Numbered from the stretch's first letter, positions 1 to 13,693 are shown. The stretch: DNA of 64,000 nucleotides from Octopus vulgaris (GCA_951406725.2 OX597820.1:93682001-93746000), one strand, 5' to 3'. Program-made: numbers and translations. The notes: generated by a model from the letters alone, not told the origin.

Positions 1-59
1 AGTATGGTTTAGTAGCAAAGGACCACACGTTCACTTGTTTTAGCTTGCCTGTGTAGTCG

Positions 60-300
60 CGAGCAGGCGTAGACCTAATATCTTCTCATTGTTGGCACAA
101 CGGAACATTGATGGGTGCGATAGCTGATAGGAATAGAGAACTAAGCCAGTAATAGGCTGGTACTCAATTTCAGCTGAAAAGATTGGAGCAACGGGAACTA
201 AAGTGCTTTGCTCAAAGACACAACGCACCAAGTCAAAACTTGAACGTACGATCTTATGATCACGAGACCAACTTCCTAACCATTAGGCCACACGCCTTCA
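60..300 (-). mobile_element. tRNA-derived SINE (family C-like head), diverged
   Basis: Minus strand reads tgaaggcgtgtggcctaatggttagg (A-box-like)...ttgtgtctttgagcaaagcacttt..cgttgctcca, the same head and body as the copies at 42544 and 47113. Confidence 0.75.
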
Positions 301-689
301 TACGCATAAAAGATTATCTTACCGATGCAGTTTTGACATCAGTAAGGTAACCTGAAGGAGATCATTGTTCTTCGATATATCACCCCCAAAAGTTGTTGAA
401 CCTTTATAAAACTCAAGAGAAATCCACAAGACAATACTGTTCACAAATCTGAGACACTGCCAGTTCTCTACATACGGATAACTTAGACTTCGTAAAAAAC
501 CTCCAACAAATTAAGGCTAGATTTCACAAATAAAACTTAACCTAATTAACCCATTATTTTGTTGTTTTTACATCCATCACCTACTTTTGGCCACCCCATT
601 ATCACCCCACTTTTCTTCAACGCCCCATCCACCCCTGGATCTTTCCACCCCTCCCAGAGGGGAGGGATAGTACCACCCACTTTGGGAAC

Positions 690-860
690 CACTGCATTAC
701 AACCTCTAGCCCACAGACGTAATCTCCCATCTCCTGGCTTTTCTACTGCTACTCTATCGGTCTATATTCCTGAGCATTAGTTGCACGCTAATATCCACCC
801 AAGCCACCCGACATCCCTCCTCCTCCTCTCATCCCTATAGTGTCTCCCCTTCCGTAACCC
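690..860 (+). mobile_element. CR1/Jockey-group LINE ORF2 C-terminal fragment, degenerate
   Basis: Translates LQPLAHRRN..., then FYCYSIG and SHPYSV across frameshifts. Resembles the LQPLxHRRxVASLxxFYRY...SHPYxV end of CR1-group ORF2. Confidence 0.6.
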
Positions 861-961
861 TCTCACTAATCACTGTCAACATTTCTCTCTGCACGGCAGG
901 GTTAACCCGCTGGAATCGCATAGGTTTTTCCCTGTAGTAATTGACTTCAAATGTTCTAGGC

Positions 962-1197
962 CTGTGATTTTCAACCGGGGTCCATATGATCCTTGGGGTT
1001 ACATATAAGATTTTGCTGTCAAAATTTGTGTCAAAAATTAGTTATTCTTGTACACTACACAAAATATTTTGATTTTCTTTACACAGTTCCTAATTAATAT
1101 TTAGTTATAAAAATAAGATTTTTAAACATCGAATATATACGAGGGTCCATTTGAATAAAATAGGAATCAAAAAGCAAAAAATGGTTGAGAACCGCTG
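962..1197. mobile_element. hAT (Charlie-like) non-autonomous MITE
   Basis: Termini ctgtgattttcaacc / ggttgagaaccgctg; internal similarity to the 45497-45834 copy; TSD not clear. Confidence 0.65.
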
Positions 1198-2026
1198 GTT
1201 TTAATCTGTACATCAAACATATCTGGGAAGGCCCTGCAATGGTCGTTGGCAGTGCCCCTCTCCCATCATTCTGTGATGACTAAACCATATAACCATGTCA
1301 TGTCATTTAGGTCAAGTCAGCTTTGCCCAAGATCCTCCTAAATATAGGCCTGTTAGGAAAAAGAAATACAGGCTACACGTTACTTAGTGTGTGTGTGTGT
1401 GTGTGTGTGTATGGAGAGAGAGAGAGAGAGAAAGAGAGAGAAAAGAAATGGGGAAAATGATGGAACTCACAAAATCGATGACCAGTGAACGTGTTATGAC
1501 CTTTGCAAATACTTTCTTTCCTTCCATGATAACGACGATGATTATAATTGTTTCAAAGATAGTGTCGATCGTTTGACAGCACCTCATTGATCAGCACTAA
1601 ATCACCAAAAAGTTGTTGTTTTGTTTATTTACGTAAAAAAGAAATGAAGCAATTTTTATATGTTCCCCTTCCTTACACACACACAAAGTGGATGAGCTAA
1701 TAATTAAACTACTTATTTGGTGAAACAAATGTGTCAACCACTGCATTGTGAGATTATTTGTAATCACACGGCGTTAAATGTAGCGTGATGCGTTTGGTTC
1801 GGCAAGCATTGTCTTGAAACACGAGAAAACCCGTGTATATGTAGCAATCTGAACACTATCCGGAGCATGCAGGTACGCAAGAAACGAGGAAAATTTCATA
1901 ACACAATGGGATCCCAAATTTATTTAGGTTGGTTGTTTACTTAGAATATTTGTTAAAAGAAAACACATTCTTAACATTCTAAAGATATTGTAATACATTA
2001 TAATTCCCATTATATTGACCAATTAG

Positions 2027-2350
2027 TTGTTTCAGTCACTGGACAACGGACCATTCTGGGGGTAATGCCTTAAAGGGTTTTAGTCGAACGTATCGACCCC
2101 AGTACAAAATTTAAAGCATGATATTTTATTGTTCTCTTTTGTAGTGTGTCCCCTACAAACGTCAGGCGGTTGTAAGACACACACACATATACACAACGGA
2201 TTCCTTTCAGTTTTTGTCCACCAGTTCCACTCACAAGATTTCGAGCGGCTTAGGTCCATACTAGGAGATACTTGCCTAAGATGCCATACAGTGGGACTGA
2301 ACCCGGAAACATGATTAGGAAGTAAACATCTTACCACTCAGCCACGCCTA
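2027..2350 (-). mobile_element. SINE family D (tRNA-like head, internal (CA)n)
   Basis: Minus strand taggcgtggctgagtggtaag...gggttcagtcccactg...aaactgaaagg, ending in a tgactgaaacaa tail; related copies at 7215, 28945, 33590, 47417 and 61235. Confidence 0.8.
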
Positions 2351-2777
2351 TTAATATATAACATAATACTCGAACATCAAAATTTCCGCTCTGTCTCCCA
2401 CCCCCTACAAGTATAAATTAGGTTCTGAATCCGTTTATACAATTTGCATAATTTAAACGATATATCACTTCCTAGTGCATTGCTCATACTCTATTTTTAA
2501 ATTTTAATTAAAATTTCAGAGTTGCCCCACTTAGCTTTTCTTGGCCAGAATAGACAAGAAAAAATAATGATTCTTTCGCACCATGGATGTAATGTAATGA
2601 ACCAGTAAATAGCAACTAAAAGCTACGATTTACTGGTTCATTACATTACGTATGTTAGCACCAATATTACTACTTTGGGTTCCATGCAGAGAGCGCCCAA
2701 AGGTAATTTCCGTACTCTCTATACCATATTGTTTGACTGACAAAGAAAATCTTAAACTCAGCCAACACCACTCACAC

Positions 2778-2935
2778 TGGTTTGAAATTTTGACACAAGG
2801 CCAGCAATGTGGGGAAGGGGATAAGTCGAATATATCAACTCCAGTGCTCAGCTGGTATTTATTTTATCGATCCTGAAAAGATGAAAGGCAAAGTCGACCT
2901 CGGTGGAATTCCAACTCAGAACTCGCCCCATTGCC
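2778..2935 (-). mobile_element. SINE family A, partial
   Basis: Contains the family core ttatcgatcctgaaaagatgaaaggcaaagtcgacctcgg...aactcagaac. Confidence 0.8.
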
Positions 2936-3529
2936 AACACTACTCATATTCTAAAGTGTATGTCTCTTGAATAAACATTAATAAATCAATTTGCTGTTGT
3001 AGTACAGCCCCAGGGCAGCTGGATTGAACAGGCCTATGAGCAAGGGCGGAAACCCAGCATCCTTTTTTTTTAAGACATGTATTTAGGACTATAGTACATG
3101 TGCCCTTTCCTTTTAATTTTTAAGACGTTAGGGCGTAATTTGAGAGAGAGAGAGAAAAAGAGAGATATCTGGTTGATATTACTAGAAGGTCGAGAGATCG
3201 CGTAGAGATTCCCCTTCGTCAGTTTACTCAATAATAGTAATAAATGTAATGGTATGGTACAAACATTGAAATATTCAATACTTCGATAAACATCGCATGA
3301 TAAACAGGATAATAATGATGAGGGGCAACGATGTTGGCGAGGATACTGACAATGATGAAGACGATGGCAATGATAATGACTATGAGGATGACACGTCCAT
3401 ATGTTACTTTTATTGATTTTGATGGAAACAGGAAGTGTAGTTATCGTTCTAAAAAAACAAAAACTCAACCAGATAAAACGATAAAATCTAAAACGTATTA
3501 ATAATAACAGTGATAATTTAGGTACCAAA

Positions 3530-4115
3530 CCACACACGTTTTTTAAGGTCGAGATAAGTCGATTACACTGACCCCAGTGCTTAAGTTGTACTTAATTTTA
3601 TCAAGTGAGGAAGAAAAGCAAATACAGTCTCGGTACGATTTGAACTAAATACCGCAAGGTACTTCGTTTACCAGCCAACCCAATCTATCAGCTTCTTACT
3701 ACTACTACTACTACTACTACTACTAATAATAATAATAATGATAATAATTATTATTATTATTTCTACTATAGACATATGGCTTGAAATATTTGTGGGGTGG
3801 AGGCTTGTCATGACATCGACCCGAGTACAACAATTCATCGACGTCGTAGGAAAGAAATGCAAAGTTGACTTCTGCGGAAATTGAACTCAGAACGTAAAGA
3901 TCCGGAATATATGGCACTAAGCATTTTTGTCCGACGCGCTAACGATTCTGCCAGTTCAATTTTTCTGCTAATTTACCATCGACTCCAGCACTTCACTGGT
4001 ACTTTATTTACAGATTGTAGTGAGAGGAAAGATATGACAAAGTTCAACTCGGTAGGAATTTGAACTCGGAACCGAAATAAATACTGCAATGCATTTTGTT
4101 CTAACGATTCTGCCA
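3530..4115 (-). mobile_element. Three diverged SINE family A copies in tandem, with a (TAC)/(TAA) tract
   Basis: Core motifs recur near 3555-3680, 3810-3960 and 3975-4115. Confidence 0.65.
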
Positions 4116-4705
4116 ATAATAATGTGACAGAAACGAAAAACCAAGTATCAGTATAATGTCTCATGGTTTGAGAATTCTTTCTGGTAAAAAGGAAATAGTA
4201 TGACGAGAAGATTAATCTGAGATGTAGATTACTCAGTCCCTCGTGATAGAGGACCATGTTTGCCATTTAATAATTAGTAAAAAGGAAGCTAAACAGCTAG
4301 TTAATTGCATAAATTATATAATTACTATAATATATATATGCTTATATATAATTCGTTTCGTAAACGGAAGGAAAAATACTTAGTATTTTTAGTATTCAGC
4401 TGATATCGAAGTTTCACAGGCTGACGAAATGTGAAGAAATGTGCATCATATGAAATTCCCACGAGCAGGAATAGAGGTATATAAAAGACTAAACACTGCC
4501 TCTGTTTATCTGTCTACGCAAGCATACACACAACGATATTTTGGCTCTAAAGTACAGTTTTTCGGTTCCAAGTCAGATACTGTGTCTTTTATTGTTAGGA
4601 TCACTAGAGTTGTTTAACTCAATTGTTTTCAAATTGACATATTACCAAGCCTCATACCCTATACAATTATCAGTCAAAACTTTTTGCACCCCTCTCTTTA
4701 TTAAT

Positions 4706-4917
4706 GGTTTCCAATTTTAGCACAAGGCCAGTAAGTTCGGGGTAGGGGTAAGCCGATTGCATCGACCCCATTGCTCAACTGGTATTTATTTTATCGACTT
4801 AGAAGGTTAAAAGGGAAAGTCGACCTCGGCGGAATTTGAACTCAGAGCATAAAGACGGGGGAAGTGCCACTAAGCATTTTCCCCGATGTCCTAATGATTC
4901 CGCCAGCTTGCCGCCTT
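4706..4917 (-). mobile_element. SINE family A, near full length
   Basis: Runs from ggtttccaattttagcacaaggcc through aaagtcgacctcggcggaatttgaactcag to gccagcttgccgcctt. Confidence 0.85.
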
Positions 4918-6900
4918 CCTTCTATTAGACAAAATAGAGTTCTTATCTGCTCATCCGTACAATTCCTTTTTCTTCATCATAGTGTTGGGTAAGTTTTAAA
5001 ATAACTTAAAAATCATCTCAATTTTATTAAACATGGCAATTTGTCCACCACTTTTCAACCTTGCACAGGTTTAACTCGTTAAAAACTTGTTTAGTTGCCT
5101 TTTTTTGAGCGCAGATGAGTGAGAGAGTAAGTATTTGCTTTGTGTCGAGAAGTTCTTCATGGCAAAAGCTGGCATCCCTTCTGACTGAATCAGTAGATAA
5201 CTTAAATCAGTGGTCCTCAGCCCTTCGTAGCTCAGCATTCCCTTTCACTGAAAAGCATTTTACAAACGCCTTATCCCTACGTTTTGCAATGCCCCGCCCC
5301 GCAAATAGAAGCTGATTTGTGCAGTTTCTATCTCTGTTTAGTTATTTGCGTAGATTAATGCAACCAACATCAATTTTATAAGAGACTTATCAAAGATGAA
5401 GGGGTCTTATATAACAAATTTGTTTTGGACTTTGGCGCATCATGTCCTATTTCTGCTCACTAATGATACAATCTCATATGCAATTCAGTTTATATCGTTT
5501 CTAAGAATAATTACGACCTGTCCACACATTCAGCGTCCGTTATAGAGCTTCCATGACATTTTTAGAACCTTTCAATCTCAGTCGTTGTGACTGAGATTGA
5601 AAAGATCCACATTTTCTGCTATCTAGGGGACGTTACTTCCTAAGTCTAAAACCAATGTCTTATGCTTCAAAACTGTATGAAAGATATTTAGGACAATTGG
5701 TTTTACCAGCGATAGTGTCACAGTGTTGCCAAGCAATCACAGTAAGCGAAGGGCATTTGTTACATACTCGGCGGCTTTCACTATAATTCTTTTAATTTTG
5801 AGAAAAATCCAGCAATTTTAGAACAGGGTTTAAGTCAATTACATCAACCCCAGCGCTCAATGAGTATTTAATTTCATCGATCCGAAAGGGGGAAAAAGCA
5901 AAATCGACTTCGGCGGAATTTGAACTTAGCGCCATTTCTTCCAGCTTCATGTCCTAAGTATTTTGTCTCGGGTGCTAACGATTATACAAGTACGACAACT
6001 TGCATTATAGTAAAAAGGTATAAGTATGTATTACCTTTGACAAAACGACTGGAATACTTTTCATTGATCCCGCCGAAAGAGATCAGAATAAAATGACTTA
6101 ATTCACGACTGAATTTCGGCTTAAAATTGAATTTCATCTCTTTGATTTCATGTCACCGGAAAACGTGTGTAAAGCACACCATTGCATTTCCCTAGTTCTG
6201 AGAACGTGTGCTTATGGAAGACATTATCGGTGGCATCTCAGCAGCTGCATTTACCAATTTGTATGTATGTATACACACACACACACACATATATATATGT
6301 ATATATATATATATATATATATAGACTCACACACACACCACACGTGTGTATGTGTATATATATATAATAGAAATAGGTTTCAAAGAGAAGACACTACACG
6401 TGGTATAAATGGGGGAAAAGAAAAATGAGAAAAGGTACATTGAATATAAAAAAAAATAAAGGCTTCTTTATAAAAAGTAACGATATATATAAATACAATT
6501 AGATGAACTGAGGTAGAATTGAGAGGTATAAAAGTCATTATTATGAATTGTTAAAGACTATAATTGTGTCTATATGTATAGACACACATATTGACACCAC
6601 ACACACCCAGACATATGACACCTACACACACACATATCCTCTTTTATATTTGCAGAATTAAGTAGAGGAAAAGGAAGAATTTCGTGATATCACATTAAAT
6701 ATAGAGTAGATTCGTAAGTTCTTTTTATTTATCTAATGAAAACAACCGAATACGAAATTGAAGTCGATGTGACTGACTTGTTAGTGTGGAAGAATTAGAA
6801 TGTGAAAGAAAATCAGCTGTGTGGGGTGTTATAGTAGAAGCCTGTGATTTTCTGGGGAAAGTAGCATGACATACCACACGGCTTTCAAAAGAATCCCATG

Positions 6901-6946
<46 letters not shown>

Positions 6947-7214
6947 AAACTTTTTATTTCCAGTTTTCTCTGTTATAATATGAAACAGCACGGCCAGGGA
7001 CCATAAAGTTTAGTATAAAACAAATGGAGAACATGACTTTTTTTTTTTGAGAAAGAAACAAAAAAATACTAATAAATAAAATTTAAAAAATCATTTGTTC
7101 ATAAACAATATTAGGAGTTTGAAATTACAACCTAAATTGCTAAATCTATATACATATTCAAGAGTTATAGCCACAGAGTTGTTTTAGATCAATGCTTTAC
7201 AAGCTGGCTGAGTT

Positions 7215-7390
7215 GTAGGAAGTTGCAGGCGTGGCTGTCTGGTAATAAGTTTGCTTCCCAACCACATGGAACCGAGTTCAGTCCCACTGCGTGACATCTT
7301 GGGCAAATGTCTTCTACTATAAACTTGAGTCGGCCAAAGCCATGTTAGTAGATTTAGTAGACGGAAACTGAGAAAAGCTCGTCGTTGTGT
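7215..7390 (+). mobile_element. SINE family D, 5' part
   Basis: caggcgtggctgtctggtaataagtttgcttcccaaccacatgg...gttcagtcccactgcgtg...ttgggcaa...gtagacggaaactga. Confidence 0.8.
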
Positions 7391-7440
7391 GTGGCTGAGT
7401 GCGTCTCCGCCACCACTTATGGATATTATCTATTCTTTGT

Positions 7441-7645
7441 GAAGGTGACGAGCTAGTTAACACGCCGGACAAAGTGCTTAGCGGAATTTCGTCTGTCTTT
7501 ATGTTCTGAGCTCAAATTCCTTCGACTTTGCTTTTCATCCTTTCGGCGTCGATGATAGTACCAGTCGAGTACTGGGGTCAATGTAACTGACTATCCCTTC
7601 CCCCTAAAAATCCAGGCCTTGTGTCTATAGTAGAAAGGATAAGTG
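7441..7645 (+). mobile_element. SINE family A
   Basis: aaggtgacgagct...gactttgcttttcatcctttcggcgtcgat...ggccttgtgtctatagtagaaagg. Confidence 0.85.
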
Positions 7646-8792
7646 ATTCTTTGTATAGGCAAGAAGTTGCAATTGGCTGTCCCGAGAGAGAGGGCGAGGA
7701 TGTTTGAGCTTGTAGGTTCCTATCTTTACCGACAACATTGCTCTGGTTCCGCAGCGACGTAAGTACGACATATGACAGAAAGGATTTTTCTATGTAAACG
7801 TTTGTATCTTTACTAGCATTGCTTTGGCCCAGTCTATTTAATCGTTGAGGGAAGTACAACTTACCGCTGTGACGAAATCAGAGCGTTGTAAAAACGATAT
7901 GTGTCAAGCTGGTATGGTAAAACCAAGCTTATTTCCAATGTGCTTTCATACACAATGACATTAGACCGACAATCTTTCATTGACACATTTGTTAAGAGAG
8001 GAAAATATAAGCCTTTTTGGCTCTCTTCACGCTTTAGAGGCAGTGAAGTTAATTTCTAAGCCATCTTCCAACTACAGGCCTACATCAATCTATATTTCAT
8101 TCAAATCTTTCCTTTCGACATCCATTATGTAGCTCATTTCTTTTTGTTTTATTTATTTATAATGAGAAGGAAGGTGATATTTATATTTGGGAATTGTTTT
8201 GCAAGGCATCTGGAGCCAATTAGACGGCCCCTTTCTTAAACTCACTCTCACCCACCCAACAAAAAAATAGAAATACGATACTTGAGGATGTTGTTTGGGA
8301 ATATTCAAGATAAAGAAGTTGGAATAAAGCATTCTCTTGAGTAAGCCTTGTAAGGCATAATATATCGTTAAATGTGTGTGTGTGTGTGTGTGTGAAGAGG
8401 GGGGTGGGGTGGAAAATGCCCCAGCATGGTCACAGCCCTCAGCTGAAACCAGTAAAAGATAAATATACATACATAAATATAAGCGTTAACATGAGATCTT
8501 AAATATAGGGTGTAGCTTCATTTCATTTGAGCTGTTATTTCTAGCAAGTCAATCAACCGCGTGGGGTTTCCTTTATTTGTTGTAAAACCCCAGGTTCGAT
8601 CAGTGTCGTTCATGATGGAAAGCATTCAAATTGGGCCCATCCCGCCTTCAAATTCTGCATTATACAATAGTCATTTCCTTTTCCAAACGTTAGAGTGTAA
8701 TTTGAGGGAGTGGGGCGACTTCTATTTCTAGAATTTTGAAGAACAGCAGAGACTTCCTCAGTGCTGTATGTCAACAAATTAAAAGGAACAGC

Positions 8793-8839
<47 letters not shown>

Positions 8840-9709
8840 CTTTTACACATGAGGTTACCAAAACATAGATATTGTTTGTTACTTAGCGTGTACAACTTAC
8901 TCGTCTAAGTAACCCCACTTATACACATACGAGCAAATGAGTGTTTATATATATTTGTATGTGTCTAAGTGTACATAAGAGTGTAGGAAAATGTATATAC
9001 TTATGTTTGTTTACATGTCTTTATATACAATGTATGTATACAGTGAGCGTGCGTATGTGCGGAGTATATATCTGTTCTTGACATCAAATCAATCCACAGT
9101 GATGACATGAGGGTCGATTTGTAATTGGTTTAGTTTAGTCAGAAAAGCAATGCACTGACATATTTCTTTAACATACACACAGCAAGGAACAGATGCATGG
9201 TTCGAGTACCAACAGAGCCAAGGTATTTTGTTGTAAATAGTACTTAAAGGTTTTATATATATATTTAATTAAAACTTATCTGTTGATTTATCTAATACTC
9301 TAAAAGGAAGAATGGATAACTTCATGACACTTTCCAGAGTCTCTGTGATAAGTGGGATGATGGCTGGGACTTACCCTCAGAGGAGAGATCAACCTCAAAA
9401 CCTTTGGATATAATGGGCTCCGCTAAAAAGTAAGAACCAGATGTTGGCAGTAAAATGGGCGACGGATTGAAATCACCGTGTACGTCCCAAGAACAAAAGT
9501 AGTCTGGACGGGCTTCTGTAATTTCTGTCAACATAATTTTACTAACAAGGCTTTGGTCAACCCGAACTTATAGAAGACCTTTTTCAAGCACCGAGCAGTG
9601 AGAACTTCTCAACCATACAATCATGTCTGGTATATATGTTCTGTGTATGTGCGTGATGATATGTGTATACGCGTGTCTTTAAGCCAGTGCTTCATGTGTG
9701 CCTTTAAAC

Positions 9710-10069
9710 CAGTGTTCCGCAACCTTTTTTCAATTGCGGCACACACATTCTTTCCAAATGTCGGCGGCGCACCTGAACTAAAAATATGGCTAAAAGTATA
9801 GGGGGAAAAAATGGTAATACTTAAATACAGAGGCATCTTAACGGTACTACTTAAATACAGGTGTTACGTACAAAACATTTTCAATGTACGCTGTGTGGAC
9901 GTGTAATGACACCCTAGCCCTAAAACTAACCCTAAAAACTAAGTCTCTTTCATATCGTTACGTAGATGCATCGGGACCTCTGCATTTAAGTAGTGCCAAA
10001 AAAAAAATTGTATTCAGTATCGTCTCGTGACACACCAGTGTGCCGGGGAATACTAGTTGCGGAACATTG
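9710..10069. mobile_element. hAT-like MITE carrying a nested insertion
   Basis: TIRs cagtgttccgcaac / gttgcggaacattg; degenerate 8-bp TSD ctttaaac / atttaagc. Confidence 0.7.
9813..9997. mobile_element. Merlin-like MITE with (CCCTAA)-like core, nested in the hAT MITE
   Basis: TIRs ggtaatacttaaatacagagg / cctctgcatttaagtagtgcc (GGNRM-type ends); a second left-TIR copy at 9843; ccctaa-like repeats at 9911-9940; inserted in an A-run. Confidence 0.55.
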
Positions 10070-11483
10070 ATTTAAGCGTGTATCATTGTCAGTGCATATG
10101 TAGATAGGTAGGGGTGTGCGAGAATGCAAGCTGACAAGTGTATGTGGTTTGAACTACCTGTTATTTGAGTTTACGAGTTGAAATTGGCTGCAAATAGCTC
10201 GTTACATTTTTGGGGCCATAACAATTGTCTTCATACATAGAACAGTCTGAAATAGGGAGCGGATTATCTTTCGTTCAACTGAATGGTGCAAAACTGTTTT
10301 CTTATCTTCATTCTATACAACGGGTGCTAAGTTCTGAAATTCCTTTCGGTGCTTAGAAAGCATTCACGCGTGTGTTGTGTGAATTTAATTTATCCGTTTT
10401 TGTAGGAAATCCTTAGAATGAGTTTAATTTTCTAGTTATCGAAAAGGGAGGGCGAGAGAGAAAGAGAGAGAGGTTCATTTAGCCATGTAATTCAAGCTTA
10501 AAAGCAACTCCTAAAAAGTACTGCAAACAGAATATTTAATGCAACAATTTATTTTTTTGGGCGGCTTCACGTCTGGATTTCGTAAGTTACATACAAACTG
10601 AGAATATTGAATGTTAGAAACAACATTATTTTGTTTAAATCTAGTGCCCTGTAAAGATATGGCTATCATATATTGTAATAAATAAATAAAAAGAAAGGAT
10701 TTCTGATAAAGGTACACGGCAATATGGATTATGTCAGAGAAGTCGATTACATCGACCCCAGTTCTTCACAAGTACATATGTTATTGATCTATGCGTAGGT
10801 GGAAAGGGACCTAATTGACTCAGTGGTGTGAACTGAACTCGGAAAAAGTAGTGGAACAAACATTTTGGTCGGGTTTTTCGAAAAAATATTTACTTGTATT
10901 CTATTAATGTTCTGAGTTCGAATTTCGTCACGGTCCACTTAGCCCATCTTACTTTTAACCTCTATAAGTTATGTCTGAAATTTGGGAAACACAAAACCAA
11001 AGAGAAATTAGTTAGAGGGATTGGACAGCCTTTCCTGTTTTGGGGTGATAGACCGAATCCTTCATCTGGTTTAATACCTTAGCATCCTTGGGTGTAATTT
11101 AGTGGAGTCTATTCTGTTGCAGCTATTCGGATCAAGTCTTCAGTTTAAGGAAGACACTGAGCCCTTTCCCACATTAGTCTGCAAGGACCTCACAGGCGTT
11201 ACCTTTTCTCCCCTATTTAAACTACACAAAATAAATCGAACGTGTACTCGTCATTTTAGTAGTTACACTGATTAAAAGGTTATGTAAATCTCCTCCTCAC
11301 CCCCTACCGTGTTTATGTGCCTTGTACTTTTGTAAGAATCATATTTTGACACGAAAGACAAAACAAAAACGACAATTCTAACAATACAACATACACTGTA
11401 TTGAATTTCTCACCATTATAACACACACATATCAATACAAGTCACGTGTATGTTTAAATACTAACAACAAAAAGTTATCACTT

Positions 11484-11514
<31 letters not shown>

Positions 11515-12815
11515 AGCATAACTCCTGGAAACTAAATGAAAATAAAAATAAGATAGTAATTATAACTGTTTAGAACATTTAAATATGAACGTACATGTAT
11601 AATCTTAATATCTGATACATACATACACAAAAGCTTACATATATACAATAAAACCAGATACACGAATCTGTTGCAGTATGATGTGAAAATTAGAAAAATA
11701 AAACCTCCCAACAAACACAGTTATAGTACCCTGCACTAATACTACTAATAGTGCGTGCATAATATATATATATATATGGGTGCGATAAATACTGACCTCC
11801 AGGGCTTTTCGATTCGCAGCAACAACAACAACACGTCATTTCTTCGTTTTTTTGTTGTTTGTTTTTTTTAAAAAATAGAAATTGAATAAAATAATATTAA
11901 TAATAAATCCTTGAAAAATCTTGTGAAACGTTACTCCAAAGACAGGTGCAGGTTTAAGGCAGAGTAAAAGTAAGTCCAGCGGGGAAAAGATAAGCGATAC
12001 TTTTGCTACAGAACCAGCTGGTTTGATGTTTATGGGAAGGGGATCTCACCGTCTGCCTGTCTGTCTGTCTAGCAGGCTGGCAGACGAGACTAGCTAACTT
12101 CACAAGACTATAAGGGGTGTGTAAGTTGGTTGGATTAAACGTCTCGTTTTCCTTTTCCTATATTATTTTTTCTTTCTTTCTATTCCCAGGCAGAATGATA
12201 GCAGTCGTAGTAATAGTGACAGTGGAAAATTTGTGTGAAGAAATGGGGGTTGGTGTTTCAAAATTGTCCTTTACACCCTACAAAACGCCTTAAAAAAGGC
12301 AGCCCAATTAGATCGAAGTCCACTTCCTTTTAATAATGAATGAAAGAAAAGTTTTGTTGCCAACTTTTTAGAAACGAGACGCTGTGTGAGTGGGGGGCTT
12401 AGCAAGCATTGATGGTTGAGTGCCGGATAGGTAGTGGTTGTTTAGAGGGTAGTAGAGGTTTTGTGCTTGTTCAAATGGCGGGTGGGAGCCCTTTTACAGC
12501 GATAGTGATAGAAATAAATGCAGCTCTCGAAAAAACAGAAAGTTGTAGCTATTTTCTCTTTCTTTCTCTCTCTCTCGCCCTCCCTCTCTCTCTCTCTCTT
12601 TGTCTATTTCTCCTCCTCTGTCTCAGAAAATTCACAAGAACTAACGTCACAGTAATAAAGTAACAGTGCCTGATTTTTAAGTGTGGTACACCATCCCGGT
12701 TGATCACTTGTTAGCTTGTCATATATGGTGACGGCGGTACGTACGGTTGGGAGACGGGTGTTGTTGAAGTCGGTGTGAAACTCACTCCCACCTCTTTCTC
12801 GTTCTTCTCTTTCAG

Positions 12816-13260
12816 CAAACAACAACAACAACAACAACAACTACTACTACTACTATCTCACCACAGCTACCGCAACAATGATCACTGGCAACTAGCACAG
12901 CTCTAATTCTCACCACCGCAAACAACAACTACCACCAGTAGTTCTGCTATTATCTTCAATTACCACCACAACCACCACCACCACCACAACTTGGTCACAA
13001 CTCAAAACTAGCACTCCTATTAACACCAATATACATCCCCCATCACCGCCGCCGCCGCCACCACCACCACCACCAGAAACAACATCCTCTACCACTATAC
13101 CAGTCATTATCACAACAACCAACCAATATCATCTTTACCAAATGTACCAATTTCCAACCCCAACTCCACCGCCACTACCGCCACACCTATCATCGTTACG
13201 CTACGTCTGTTATTAATTTCCACTACCAAAAGAACTATACTTTCGAAATCTGTTCTACCA
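12816..13260. repeat. Cryptic trinucleotide low-complexity tract (CAA/TAC/CAC/CAT)
   Basis: Direct inspection of the sequence. Confidence 0.85.
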
Positions 13261-13396
13261 CCAAAGTACATGGTACCATCGTCTGCATGTCTGCTTTTGT
13301 TGTTGTTGTTGCTGCTGATATTGTTGGTATTATATAACTCCATGTCAAACATGATCCGGCGGATCTACAATGAAAGCTGTTCCAACCGTGACCATG

Positions 13397-13430
<34 letters not shown>

Positions 13431-13532
13431 GTATATTACCAGTTTATATATGCTTGGTGCAATAGCTATCTTTCGGGTTCGAATCTGGTAATAACCTGTA
13501 ATCATACACTTTGTTGGCTTAGCTCTGCCACC

Positions 13533-13669
13533 CACGAGCGTAGCTAGAGTGTATACCGCCCGGAGCGGGCCTTCCCCACGGATCCCACGAAAAGCACATA
13601 TTGCCTACAGCAGACCCAAAAGTGCCGCCCGGGGCGGAAAGCCCCTCCCTCCCCCTAGCTACGCTAGTG
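13533..13669. mobile_element. hAT-like MITE
   Basis: 15-bp TIRs cacgagcgtagctag / ctagctacgctagtg (1 mismatch); 8-bp TSD ctgccacc / ttaccacc; internal gcccgg(a/g)gcgg repeats. Confidence 0.8.
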
Positions 13670-13693
13670 TTACCACCCCGTAACACATACAAG

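Noticed and set aside
340-545. Possible Penelope RT C-terminal relic (HP..CSQ..DFVKNLQQIKARF)
   Set aside because: Similarity is too weak without a profile search.
5040-5580. Possible Tigger/pogo transposase relic on the minus strand (MEAL*RTLNVW; ATKG*)
   Set aside because: Motif spacing is inconsistent and there are many stops; not supportable by eye.
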